Part shown: positions 18,126 through 26,447 of the stretch, one piece after another
Numbering within the stretch: position 1 is the first letter of the stretch
How the letters are laid out: every line of letters starts with the position of its first letter
Source of the DNA: Minisyncoccia bacterium
Lineage (GTDB): Bacteria > Patescibacteriota > Minisyncoccia > Phycocordibacterales > UBA9973
DNA: 54,417 nt
Reading direction: 5' to 3'
Assembly: GCA_041499755.1 (NCBI GenBank)
Contig: JBGQKV010000001.1
Coordinates: forward strand, 1 to 54,417
Position numbers and translations under genes: made by a program
The notes under the pieces: generated by a model
The model's input: only the letters and a program-made list of their open reading frames with translations
Database searches by the model: none
Told to the model about the DNA's origin: nothing

Positions 18126-18734
18126 ATGTTTGATTTCTTTTCAAACCTCCCGCACTTTATTGAGACAGTCGGTCTTTTTGGTTTCTTTTTTATAGTTTTT
18201 GCAGAATCAGGATTATTTTTCGGGTTTTTCTTACCTGGAGATTCACTTTTATTTACTGCTGGACTCCTTTCTTCTCAAGGATTTTTTAATCCTATGGTTC
18301 TCTTTATCGGCTGTGCTATAGCTGCAATATTAGGGGATAGCTTTGGCTATTTTTTCGGTAAAAAAGTCGGCCCAAAGATTTTCACAAAAGAAGACTCATT
18401 CTTTTTTCGCAAAGACCATATCTTGCGCACAAAAAATTTTTACGAGAAGCACGGCAAGAAGACTGTGATTCTGGCGAGGTTTTTGCCGATTATTCGGACC
18501 TTTGCTCCTATTATGGCTGGGGTTGGAGAGATGCATTACAGAACTTTTGCCTATTACAATATCGTCGGCGGTACCCTATGGTCTGCTTTAGTTATATTTC
18601 TAGGCTATTTTCTTGGCAGTAAAATACCCGGCATTGACCAATACATTATACCCATTATTTTAGGCATTATCGTTGTTTCTACTGCCCCGGTTATTTTTCA
18701 GATTTTCAAGAAAATTACAATTGTCAAAAAATAG
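18126..18734 (+). CDS. dedA: DedA-family membrane protein
   Basis: FAESGLFFGFFLPGDSLLFTAG and KTVILARFLPIIRTFAP motifs. Start moved to the ATG at 18126. Confidence 0.85.
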   Translation: MFDFFSNLPHFIETVGLFGFFFIVFAESGLFFGFFLPGDSLLFTAGLLSSQGFFNPMVLFIGCAIAAILGDSFGYFFGKKVGPKIFTKEDSFFFRKDHILRTKNFYEKHGKKTVILARFLPIIRTFAPIMAGVGEMHYRTFAYYNIVGGTLWSALVIFLGYFLGSKIPGIDQYIIPIILGIIVVSTAPVIFQIFKKITIVKK

Positions 18735-18757
18735 AGATTTGCCGTATAATATAGTGG

Positions 18758-19840
18758 ATGCTACGCAAGGGGTATAAAAAATTCTTTCCTACGCCAAAAT
18801 TTCTCTCCCGGCCGTCATTTGGCTTGGATATTTCCGATGAATCAGTAAAATTTATTGAGTTTTTGGAAACGCGCAAAGGTATCCGGATAGGACACTTTGG
18901 GGAAAGAGCGATACCGCCCGGGGTGATTGAGTCTGGGAAGATTGCCGAAGCGAAGCGTTTAAAGGAGATTCTTTTGCGTCTGCGAAAAGAAGAAAATATA
19001 AATTTAGTCCGAGCCTCGCTTCCTGAAGAGCAAATTTACCTTTTTAGGCTGAAGTTGCCCAAGGAAGGAGCAAAAAATATACGTGAAATGATAGAGCTAT
19101 CGCTGGAAGAGCATGTGCCGGTCCCTCCCGCGGAAGTGGTGTTTGATTATGAATTATTTCAAGAAGATGAGCAGTATTTTGATGTTGAGGTTGCCGCTGT
19201 GCCAAAGGCAATCATCGAGACATACCTCTCAATTTTTACAAACTGCGGCTTCGTCGTGCCGTCTTTCGAGCTTGAAGCGCAAGCCTTGGCTCGAGCGGTG
19301 ATAAAAAATGGTGATAAAGATGTCTATATGATAGTGGATTGCGGTAAGAAACGCACCGGTATCTCTATTGTAGATCATGGAGTAGTGGCTCTTACCTCTA
19401 CCGTCGATATGGGCGGGGTGATGCTCACCAAGCTCATAGAAAAAAATTTCAAAGTAAGCTTTGAAGAAGCGGAAAAGATGAAGATCAAATACGGGCTGAC
19501 TCGCAATACTGAAAATCAGGAAGTTTTCTCCACTCTTTTAAACGGTGTCTCGATAATTCGAGACGAAGTCGACAAGCATTTCATATATTGGCATACCCAT
19601 AAAGATGAAGACGGAAAAGACCGGCCGCCGGTAAAAAAAATAATTTTATGTGGCGGGGATTCAAATCTGATAGGTTTTGCAGAATATCTTTCAATCAGTA
19701 TGCGCCAGAATGTCGAGCTGGCGAATGTCTGGCTGAACGTCGCCTCGCCCGGAGATTATATTCCGGAAATGTCTTTTGAGAGCTCTCTCTCTTACGCTAC
19801 CGCTATTGGACTAGCCTTGGCGGACTTAGAACACAAATAA
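18758..19840 (+). CDS. pilM: type IV pilus assembly protein PilM (actin-like ATPase fold)
   Basis: FGLDISDESVKFIEF N-terminus, appropriate length, and downstream PilN/PilO-like genes. TATAAT at 18745-18750 lies 7 nt before the ATG. Confidence 0.8.
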   Translation: MLRKGYKKFFPTPKFLSRPSFGLDISDESVKFIEFLETRKGIRIGHFGERAIPPGVIESGKIAEAKRLKEILLRLRKEENINLVRASLPEEQIYLFRLKLPKEGAKNIREMIELSLEEHVPVPPAEVVFDYELFQEDEQYFDVEVAAVPKAIIETYLSIFTNCGFVVPSFELEAQALARAVIKNGDKDVYMIVDCGKKRTGISIVDHGVVALTSTVDMGGVMLTKLIEKNFKVSFEEAEKMKIKYGLTRNTENQEVFSTLLNGVSIIRDEVDKHFIYWHTHKDEDGKDRPPVKKIILCGGDSNLIGFAEYLSISMRQNVELANVWLNVASPGDYIPEMSFESSLSYATAIGLALADLEHK

Positions 19841-19843
19841 TTT

Positions 19844-20386
19844 ATGATTAATTTGCTTCCAGTAGAAGAAAAGAAAAAAATTGCGGCGGATTATCGCGTT
19901 CGGATTGCTACTTTTTACCTTTATAGCGCTGGGATAATTCTTGTCATAGCAAGCGTCGCTCTATTGCCGTCCTATTTTTTAGCCTCTTTGAAAGAGCGTT
20001 TAACCTCCGGGAAATGGGAAAGTTTAAAAAATCTGCCGGTGCCGGAGCCAGACAAGGAAACTGTCCAAGGTATAAAAGATGTAAATGCGAAGACATCTCT
20101 CATTCAAAATTCAGAGAAATCAAAATTTCCTGTTTTAGAAAGTGCTTTTGACGAAGTAATCTATCAAAAAATGCCGGACATAAAGCTGACCGCGATTGAT
20201 TATGAAAAAGATAAAGATGGAGTGAAAAAAATAAGTTTGCGGGGGCTCGCGCCAGATCGAGAAAGATTGCTCCTCTTTCGGCAAGCGCTCGAAGCTGATA
20301 AAATTTTTTCAAAAGTCGATCTGCCGATTTCCAATTTTGTCAAAGGGGAAAATATAGATTTTAGTTTAAATCTCATTGCTTCATAA
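19844..20386 (+). CDS. pilN: PilN-like pilus assembly protein
   Basis: MINLLP start with a single N-terminal TM segment. Confidence 0.7.
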   Translation: MINLLPVEEKKKIAADYRVRIATFYLYSAGIILVIASVALLPSYFLASLKERLTSGKWESLKNLPVPEPDKETVQGIKDVNAKTSLIQNSEKSKFPVLESAFDEVIYQKMPDIKLTAIDYEKDKDGVKKISLRGLAPDRERLLLFRQALEADKIFSKVDLPISNFVKGENIDFSLNLIAS

Positions 20387-20387
20387 T

Positions 20388-20936
20388 ATGAAAGACAAAA
20401 AGAAAATTATTATTACCATAACACTCGCTTCTCTTTTTGTCGTTATCACCGCGGCTGGATTTTTTTATGTTTTGAACGTTATAAGGGCAAAAGGAGACAA
20501 CACCGCTCTGCTCTTGGATAATATTCAGACCGAAATCGTTAGACGTAATAAAATTGCTTCTCTTAATTCTGAAATAAAAGCGATCGCTCCCGAGAGAGCG
20601 ATGCTTGAAACGCACTTTGCGAAAAGCTCCGATGTGGTGCCATTTTTAGATACTCTGCAGGCGCTGGCTGTAAAAGCAGGCGCTCCGGCCGAAGTTTCCT
20701 CGCTTGATTTAAGTAAAGAAGGCGGGGGGTTAGCAGTCTCAATGAAAGCGGAGGGTAATTTTAAAAGTATACATAAATTACTTGCCCTCCTTCAAAATTC
20801 GCCGTATGAGCTTGATTTTTCCTCTGTTAAAATAGAAAGAAAAACATTATCAGACAAAGAAGCCCTGGCCGCGAATGATACGATTTGGATCGCTTCCTTC
20901 AAGCTCACTTTGGTCAGCTTTAGCAGCGAGTTATGA
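20388..20936 (+). CDS. pilO: PilO-like pilus assembly protein
   Basis: N-terminal TM, then a coiled-coil, then a C-terminal domain, in the third position of the pilMNO order. Confidence 0.55.
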   Translation: MKDKKKIIITITLASLFVVITAAGFFYVLNVIRAKGDNTALLLDNIQTEIVRRNKIASLNSEIKAIAPERAMLETHFAKSSDVVPFLDTLQALAVKAGAPAEVSSLDLSKEGGGLAVSMKAEGNFKSIHKLLALLQNSPYELDFSSVKIERKTLSDKEALAANDTIWIASFKLTLVSFSSEL

Positions 20937-21247
20937 AAATTCAACTTTTCAAAAAAAAGAATAAGTTTTCTCACAGCAAATGGTCCATCATGAGCCCTGG
21001 ACGCCATTGGCACATCGCGCTTGCCCTCGCCTCTTTTTTGGTCGTAGCTTCATTTGCTTTTGGGCTATATCTTTTTATAGAAGAAAACAGAGCAATAGAT
21101 TCATTGTCACTAGATGATGGAAAAGTGGCAGTCGATACTATCAGCTACGAACGCATAAAAAAAGTTTTAGACATATTTACAGAGCGAGAAAAAAGATCAG
21201 AGGAAATATTGAATTCCCCAGCTTCTTTTTCTGACCCTTCACTTTAG
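20933..21247 (+). CDS. single-TM protein, last gene of the pil operon
   Basis: ATGA overlap with the pilO-like gene and one TM segment. Function unknown. Confidence 0.5.
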   Translation: MKIQLFKKKNKFSHSKWSIMSPGRHWHIALALASFLVVASFAFGLYLFIEENRAIDSLSLDDGKVAVDTISYERIKKVLDIFTEREKRSEEILNSPASFSDPSL

Positions 21248-21275
21248 AAAATTGCTCACAAATAATTTTTTTATG

Positions 21276-21347
21276 TGCCCCTGGCAGGAATCGAACCTGC
21301 ATCGACGGCTTAGAAGTCCGCAGTTCTATCCATTGAACTACAGGGGC
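21276..21347 (-). tRNA. tRNA-Arg (anticodon UCU)
   Basis: Acceptor GCCCCTG/CAGGGGC, anticodon loop CTTCTAA, T-arm GCAGG TTCGATT CCTGC. Confidence 0.85.
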
Positions 21348-21348
21348 T

Positions 21349-21466
21349 TGGTGCGCGGTCTCGGACTCTCCGACTACGTCGGCAGGTGATTTTCCGATTT
21401 ACAAGTAAATACGGAAAATCCTTTCGACCCCTGCACGCGAGGCAAGCAGTTGCCTCGCTACCGTGC
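21349..21466 (-). ncRNA. 118-nt tRNA-like structured element, not a decoding tRNA
   Basis: The 5' GCACGGT pairs with the 3' ACCGCGC, followed by A and CCA. The terminal 11 nt are identical to the tRNA-Val 3' end. Contains two long perfect hairpins. Spacers to the flanking tRNAs are 0 and 1 nt. Confidence 0.55.
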
Positions 21467-21542
21467 TGGTGCGCGGTGCAGGACTCGAACCTGCGACCTT
21501 CCCGGTGTAAACGGGTTGCTCTACCAACTGAGCTAACCGCGC
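21467..21542 (-). tRNA. tRNA-Val (anticodon UAC), CCA encoded
   Basis: Acceptor GCGCGGT/ACCGCGC, D-arm GCTCAGTTGGTAGAGC, anticodon loop TTTACAC, T-arm GCAGG TTCGAGT CCTGC, 3' ACCA. Confidence 0.9.
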
Positions 21543-21668
21543 CTGTTATTATCTATCTCAAATAAATAAGCTACAGTTATTGTTTAGATTAACGACCTAT
21601 CAAAACAGCTAACCGTGCATGAAGGTAGGTTACCTTATTTTTCAAGGCTTTTCAAGGGTTATTATAGT

Positions 21669-21696
21669 TTGACTTTGCTTTCCAAAAATGTATAAT
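21669..21696 (+). promoter_or_regulatory. promoter TTGACT-16-TATAAT, 7 nt before the ATG at 21704
   Basis: TTGACT at 21669-21674 and TATAAT at 21691-21696. Confidence 0.6.
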
Positions 21697-21703
21697 TAAC
21701 AAT

Positions 21704-21940
21704 ATGGAAAATCTTAAATTTCTTACATACGAAAAAGCGAAGCTAATATTTTCAAATCTAATGGAAGCTAAAAAAGCTACCTTTGACGAAAAACTCAAAG
21801 CGCTAGAAGATATGGGCGATATTTTGGGAACGAACGTTAAAAATATAACAGACTTTGAAAACAATATTATAAGTTGGGTTAAAGTAAAAGATCCAGAACT
21901 TTACGCAGCTTATCAACAAAGTCTTGAAATGGCCGCCTAA
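21704..21940 (+). CDS. small helical protein, unknown function
   Basis: 78-aa ORF downstream of a good promoter, with no recognisable motif. Confidence 0.45.
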   Translation: MENLKFLTYEKAKLIFSNLMEAKKATFDEKLKALEDMGDILGTNVKNITDFENNIISWVKVKDPELYAAYQQSLEMAA

Positions 21941-22655
21941 ATTGCCTATAAAAATCCTCTACGAAGATAAAGATTTATTAGCCATAGACAAGCCGGCGGG
22001 GATTTCAGTGCACGGAGATGGCAAACGAAAAGAAGAGACAGTGGCGGATTGGTTTGCTAAAAAGTATCCAAAATCAAAAAATGTCGGTGAACCGATGATT
22101 ATAGACAAAAAAGAAATTTTGCGCCCCGGCATTGTGCATAGATTAGATAAAGATACCTCTGGTGTTCTGCTTTTAGCAAAAACACAAAAAGCATATGAAT
22201 TTTTGAAGCATCAGTTTGCCGGAAGAGTTATAAAGAAAGTTTACAACGCTCTTGTATATGGAAGTGTAAAAAATGACTCTGGAATTATAAACGCGGAGAT
22301 CGGCAGGTCAAAAAATGATCCACGCTTACGCACAGCGATGCGCGGCAAGCGCGGAAAGTTGCGGGAAGCAATAACTGAATATAAAGTACTAAAAAGGTTA
22401 GGGATTGATGGAGAAAAGTATACATGGCTAGAAGTACGTCCCAAGACCGGCCGGACGCACCAAATCCGAGTGCACCTGAAATTTTTAAATCACCCGGTGG
22501 TTTGCGACAAATTATATTCTCCTCAAAAACCATGTCCAAAAAGCTTAAGTCGCCTCGCGCTTCATGCCCAGTCTATAGAGTTTAAAAATCTGGCTAGTAA
22601 AAATATTAAAGTAGAGTCTCCGTTGCCAAGGGATTTAAAATCTTTGACAGAGTAG
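21924..22655 (+). CDS. RluA-family pseudouridine synthase
   Basis: LLAIDKPAGISVH and HRLDKDTSGVLLLAKT catalytic motif. A non-ATG start is required (TTG at 21924 or 21942). Confidence 0.85.
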   Translation: MKWPPKLPIKILYEDKDLLAIDKPAGISVHGDGKRKEETVADWFAKKYPKSKNVGEPMIIDKKEILRPGIVHRLDKDTSGVLLLAKTQKAYEFLKHQFAGRVIKKVYNALVYGSVKNDSGIINAEIGRSKNDPRLRTAMRGKRGKLREAITEYKVLKRLGIDGEKYTWLEVRPKTGRTHQIRVHLKFLNHPVVCDKLYSPQKPCPKSLSRLALHAQSIEFKNLASKNIKVESPLPRDLKSLTE

Positions 22656-22681
22656 CTCATAGAGAGGTATACTTTAGCAAT

Positions 22682-22831
22682 ATGAGACAGGAAAATAAGG
22701 GCTTTTCTCAAATTTTGATTGTTTTCGCTATCTTAGTAGTAATTGCTGTCGCCTACATTGCCCTGCGGGATACTACCAATACCCAGCCTGGCCAGGCCAT
22801 TAATTTTAGTGGGTTGAATTTTAATCCATAA
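22682..22831 (+). CDS. 49-aa single-TM peptide (below the ORF-track cutoff)
   Basis: Translation: MRQENKGFSQILIVFAILVVIAVAYIALRDTTNTQPGQAINFSGLNFNP. TATACT at 22668-22673 lies 8 nt before the ATG, and the stop is 2 nt before the PrsW-like gene. Confidence 0.4.
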   Translation: MRQENKGFSQILIVFAILVVIAVAYIALRDTTNTQPGQAINFSGLNFNP

Positions 22832-22833
22832 CT

Positions 22834-23562
22834 ATGAGTCAAAACGCCATTGTCGCCATTGGAGTAATAACAGGCATGATCCCCGCTATTGTATGGCTAT
22901 TTTTTTGGTTGCAGGAAGATTCTGAACACAAAAAACCAAAAGGCTTGCTCCTTCAGATATTTATCATCGGCATGGCATCGGTCATTTTGATCGTCCCTTT
23001 TGAACAAATTGCGCGCGATCGCTATCAAGATGCCCCTTATATGATAGTTATTTGGGCATTTCTCGAAGAGGTTATAAAATACGGGGTTGTCTACCTCACA
23101 GTACTACGCACCAGCCGGCATATTTCTCACCCGGTGGATTATCCGATTTATTTTATTACCGCGGCGCTCGGTTTTGCCGCGCTTGAAAATACTCTTTTTT
23201 TAATTCACCCGCTGGCAATCTCAGGGGCTTCAATTAGCTTCTTGACCTTAAGTTTGCGATTTCTCGGCGCTAACCTACTGCACTCTATCTCTTCCGGGCT
23301 TGTCGGTATTGCGCTCGGCCTTGCCTTTTATCGTGGCTGGTTTAAGGCAAAGTTTTATTTATTCGGCGGACTGGCTGTCGCCACAATGTTGCACAGTATT
23401 TTTAATTTTTTTATAACTAGGAACGATGGGCAAAACTCCTTTGGTGTTTTTGGTTTTCTTTGGATAGCCTGTATTGGCACGATGATGCTATTTGAGAAAT
23501 TAAGGCGTATGGAGATTGTTTCAAGATTACCAAATGTGCCGGATACTGGAGAATTGCAATGA
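22834..23562 (+). CDS. prsW: PrsW-family intramembrane metalloprotease
   Basis: Multi-TM protein with a FLEEVIKYG (EExxK) motif and paired His motifs in late TM segments. Confidence 0.7.
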   Translation: MSQNAIVAIGVITGMIPAIVWLFFWLQEDSEHKKPKGLLLQIFIIGMASVILIVPFEQIARDRYQDAPYMIVIWAFLEEVIKYGVVYLTVLRTSRHISHPVDYPIYFITAALGFAALENTLFLIHPLAISGASISFLTLSLRFLGANLLHSISSGLVGIALGLAFYRGWFKAKFYLFGGLAVATMLHSIFNFFITRNDGQNSFGVFGFLWIACIGTMMLFEKLRRMEIVSRLPNVPDTGELQ

Positions 23563-23591
23563 TAAGACTTTTGTGTTAGATTGGTTTGATT

Positions 23592-23996
23592 ATGGCAGCA
23601 ACGAACAGTAAAATAAAGTTTAGCCCTGTAGATCTTGAGGCTCGCAAAAAGCTTGATTTTAAGGCAGGGGACACAGTGCGGGTCTGGTCAAAAATCCCGG
23701 AAGAAAAAGGCAAGTTCCGCTTACAGGCATTTGAGGGTATAGTTTTAGCCCGAAAGCACGGCAGTGAAGCAGGGGCGACTTTTACAGTCCGCAAGGTAGC
23801 ATCAGGAGTGGGAGTAGAGAGAATTTTTCCGATTTTTTCCCCGATGATAGACAAGGTTGAAATAGTGAAGATTGCCAATGCTCGCCGAAGCAAACTATAT
23901 TATATTCGCAATAAAGCTATTAAAGATGTCCGCCGAAAAATGCGCTCTATCACTTCTTCCGAACTTACTGATGAAGAAGTTAAAACAGCAGAATAA
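23592..23996 (+). CDS. rplS: 50S ribosomal protein bL19
   Basis: GDTVRVW.KI.E..K.R.Q.FEG.V...K......TFTVRK...GVGVER.F motifs. TGTTAGATT lies upstream at 23574-23582. Confidence 0.9.
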   Translation: MAATNSKIKFSPVDLEARKKLDFKAGDTVRVWSKIPEEKGKFRLQAFEGIVLARKHGSEAGATFTVRKVASGVGVERIFPIFSPMIDKVEIVKIANARRSKLYYIRNKAIKDVRRKMRSITSSELTDEEVKTAE

Positions 23997-24000
23997 AATC

Positions 24001-24009
24001 TGCTATACT
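24001..24009 (+). promoter_or_regulatory. extended -10 element TGCTATACT upstream of tRNA-Leu
   Basis: One of four copies in the window of the longer TCTGCTAT motif. tRNA-Leu begins 13 nt downstream. Confidence 0.5.
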
Positions 24010-24022
24010 AAAATCTAAATAT

Positions 24023-24106
24023 GCGCGGGTGGCGAAACTGGTAGACGCACTACCTTGAGGTGGTAGCGGGAGCAATCCTGTGGGAGTTCAAATCTCCCCC
24101 TGCGCA
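24023..24106 (+). tRNA. tRNA-Leu (anticodon GAG), class II
   Basis: Acceptor GCGCGGG/CCTGCGC, anticodon stem CTACC/GGTAG with loop TTGAGGT, a long variable arm, and T-arm GGGAG TTCAAAT CTCCC. Confidence 0.9.
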
Positions 24107-24113
24107 CAAAGTC

Positions 24114-24122
24114 TGCTATTAT
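24114..24122 (+). promoter_or_regulatory. extended -10 element TGCTATTAT, 6 nt before the GTG at 24129
   Basis: TCTGCTAT motif copy lying between tRNA-Leu and the P-type ATPase gene. Confidence 0.5.
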
Positions 24123-24128
24123 ATATAG

Positions 24129-26444
24129 GTGAAAGAAAATATTAAGCTCACGGTTTCTATCCTTTGGAGCCAGGTGGCGTCGCTCTTTTTTGTCTTGCTT
24201 TTAGTTTCTGGTCTTGTTTCTCTTGTTTTAGGCGAAAAGACGGATGCGATAATTATTTTCTCCATAATGCTCGTCAATACCGGGCTCGGCCTTTTTCAAG
24301 AGTTTCGGGCATCTCGGGCATCTGAAAAGCTGATGAAGCTGGTGCAAAATAAAGTTTATGTAATGCGCGGTGGGGCTTTGGTGCAAATACTTTCGACGGA
24401 GCTTGTGCTCAGCGACATCGTGCATCTGGTTGCCGGCTCCGTCTCACCAGTTGATCTAGAAGTGACCGAATCGCAAAACGCTTTAGTGGATGATTCGGTG
24501 CGCACCGGTGAGACACTGCCTAAAAAAATTTTGGCAGGAGAAAAGTTTTTTGCTGGCGCTTCGGTGGCTAGCGGAAAGGTAATCGGGAAAGTAATAGCCC
24601 TCGGCAAAGAGTCTTCAATATCAGAATATCGTTCCAAGCTAGAATCCGTAAAAAAGTGGAGCAGTTTCGACATATTCAGCAATCGGCTCATAAAATATAT
24701 TTTTATAATTTCTTTTTTCACTCTGGTCGTTTCCATGTTCTTATTAGTTTTTGTTTTAGGCAAATATTCCATCGCGCACTTCTTTATTTTTGCCATCGCG
24801 CTCCTGGTCGGAGTGGTGCCAGAAGCGTTGCCCCTCATTATTACGATTATTCTCTCTCGTGAGTCAGTGATGCTCTCTGGGAGCAAAGTAATAGTCAAAA
24901 GACTCTCTTCCCTCCAAGGGCTAGGAGCTTTGCAATTTCTCTTGACGGATAAGACTGGCACGATTACGGAAAATAAATTGAAAGTTTCAGTGGTTAAAGA
25001 TAGGGGTCATTTTTGGGAAACTTCAAATACCATCAGCGAAGGAGAATATGAAAGACCGCTCATGGATAACGCTTATGATGATGCGCTGAACTCTTCAGTC
25101 GGCAAATTAAAGACTAGCACGAAAAAAATCGATAGCTTCGTGCCGTATAAAAGCGAGGTCGGCTACGAGATTTTCACTTTAGATGGGGGCGAGCGGATTG
25201 CTCGCGGACAGGCTGGAAAAGTTCTGGATATTTGCAAGCCTGTTCCGGACGATATAAAAAGATCCGCCTTAGCGTACGAGCTGAAAGGAATGCGGATAAT
25301 AGCCTTGGCGGAAGCGAAGGAGGATAAATGGGATTTTGTCGGGTATGTGGCTTTTGAAGATCCCATAAAGCCGACAGCTGCCGAGTCTCTCCGCGAGGCG
25401 CACCAAAAAGGCGTACTGGTAAAGATTTTAACTGGGGATTCAGAAGCCGTGGCCGCAAACGTGGCAGAAGAGCTCCATCTTATTTCGCATCCGGATAATA
25501 TTATTTCTTTTGACACAACTAAAGTAACGGATTTATCTGACGCAGAGCTCGCGCGCGCGGTGGTCTTTGCGAAATGTACTCCTGAAAACAAACTTGAATT
25601 AATAGATAGATATTTAAAAATAGGCCCAGTAGCATTTCTAGGTGATGGCATCAATGACGCGCTAGCGCTCAAGCGTGCGGACATTGGCATCGCGGTTGAT
25701 AATGCATCTGATATTGCTAAAGAGTCCGCGGATGTAATTTTATTAGAGAAAGATCTGAGTCCGATTCTCTCTGGTGTCTCGATGGGAAGGCGTGCGCTCC
25801 GTAATATCTTGACCTATATAATGTATACTCTTTCGGGGAATGCCGGCACTTTTTTCTCTTTGCTCGTTGCTTCATTTTTCTATCCCACTTTGCCAATGCT
25901 TCCCATTCAAATCCTTTTAAATAACCTTTTGACTGATTTACCACTTATGCTCATTATTACTGACAAGCCAGATGAATATGCCTTGCGCCACGTTCCGCAT
26001 TACGATCCAAAAAAAATAATGAAACGCGTTTTTATTTTCGGTATTTTATCCAGTGTCTTTGACCTGATTTATTTCCAGCTTTATAAACATGCGAGCGTGG
26101 CGAGCTTCCAAACCGGTTGGTTCATCCTCTCTGTTCTCACTGAGCTTGCCCTCGTCCTCTCTATTCGTTCTTCCCGTCCGATTTTAAAGTCCCCAGCAGT
26201 TTCCATGCCTTTGGCGATCGGCATGTTTATTTCTTCTGCCCTCCCTTTTATTTTTGTCTATGTTAATTCACTTTCAAAAGTATTTAAATTCACGATGCTT
26301 CCGTTTACAGAAATTATGGCGCTCTTTGGCATCGTGGCTGTTTATATTGCTTGCAACGAAATCGCCAAACACTTTATGCGTCGTAAAAATCTTTACAACA
26401 AGCCTGCTCCACTGCTCCCGATTTTCAAATATGATAGAATTTAG
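24129..26444 (+). CDS. P-type cation-transporting ATPase
   Basis: DKTGTITENK phosphorylation motif, TGDSEAVA, GDGINDALALKRADIGIAV, and multiple TM segments. GTG start. Substrate not assignable by eye. Confidence 0.85.
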   Translation: MKENIKLTVSILWSQVASLFFVLLLVSGLVSLVLGEKTDAIIIFSIMLVNTGLGLFQEFRASRASEKLMKLVQNKVYVMRGGALVQILSTELVLSDIVHLVAGSVSPVDLEVTESQNALVDDSVRTGETLPKKILAGEKFFAGASVASGKVIGKVIALGKESSISEYRSKLESVKKWSSFDIFSNRLIKYIFIISFFTLVVSMFLLVFVLGKYSIAHFFIFAIALLVGVVPEALPLIITIILSRESVMLSGSKVIVKRLSSLQGLGALQFLLTDKTGTITENKLKVSVVKDRGHFWETSNTISEGEYERPLMDNAYDDALNSSVGKLKTSTKKIDSFVPYKSEVGYEIFTLDGGERIARGQAGKVLDICKPVPDDIKRSALAYELKGMRIIALAEAKEDKWDFVGYVAFEDPIKPTAAESLREAHQKGVLVKILTGDSEAVAANVAEELHLISHPDNIISFDTTKVTDLSDAELARAVVFAKCTPENKLELIDRYLKIGPVAFLGDGINDALALKRADIGIAVDNASDIAKESADVILLEKDLSPILSGVSMGRRALRNILTYIMYTLSGNAGTFFSLLVASFFYPTLPMLPIQILLNNLLTDLPLMLIITDKPDEYALRHVPHYDPKKIMKRVFIFGILSSVFDLIYFQLYKHASVASFQTGWFILSVLTELALVLSIRSSRPILKSPAVSMPLAIGMFISSALPFIFVYVNSLSKVFKFTMLPFTEIMALFGIVAVYIACNEIAKHFMRRKNLYNKPAPLLPIFKYDRI
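26432..26440 (+). promoter_or_regulatory. extended -10 element TGATAGAAT, 7 nt before the ATG at 26448
   Basis: Lies inside the 3' end of the ATPase gene. Confidence 0.45.
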
Positions 26445-26447
26445 AGT

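Noticed and set aside
21349-21466. The tRNA-like element as tRNA-Sec, a tmRNA piece or an intron-containing tRNA.
   Set aside because: There is no 7-nt loop with a UCA anticodon or any plausible anticodon. It is far too short for tmRNA and lacks a tag ORF. The extra hairpins are not at the canonical 37/38 intron position.
21622-21641. Plus-strand hairpin AAGGTA-GGT-TACCTT followed by ATTTTT, which looks like an intrinsic terminator.
   Set aside because: No plus-strand gene ends nearby. The pil operon ends at 21247 and three minus-strand tRNA genes intervene. The stem is only 6 bp, so the assignment is left open rather than called.
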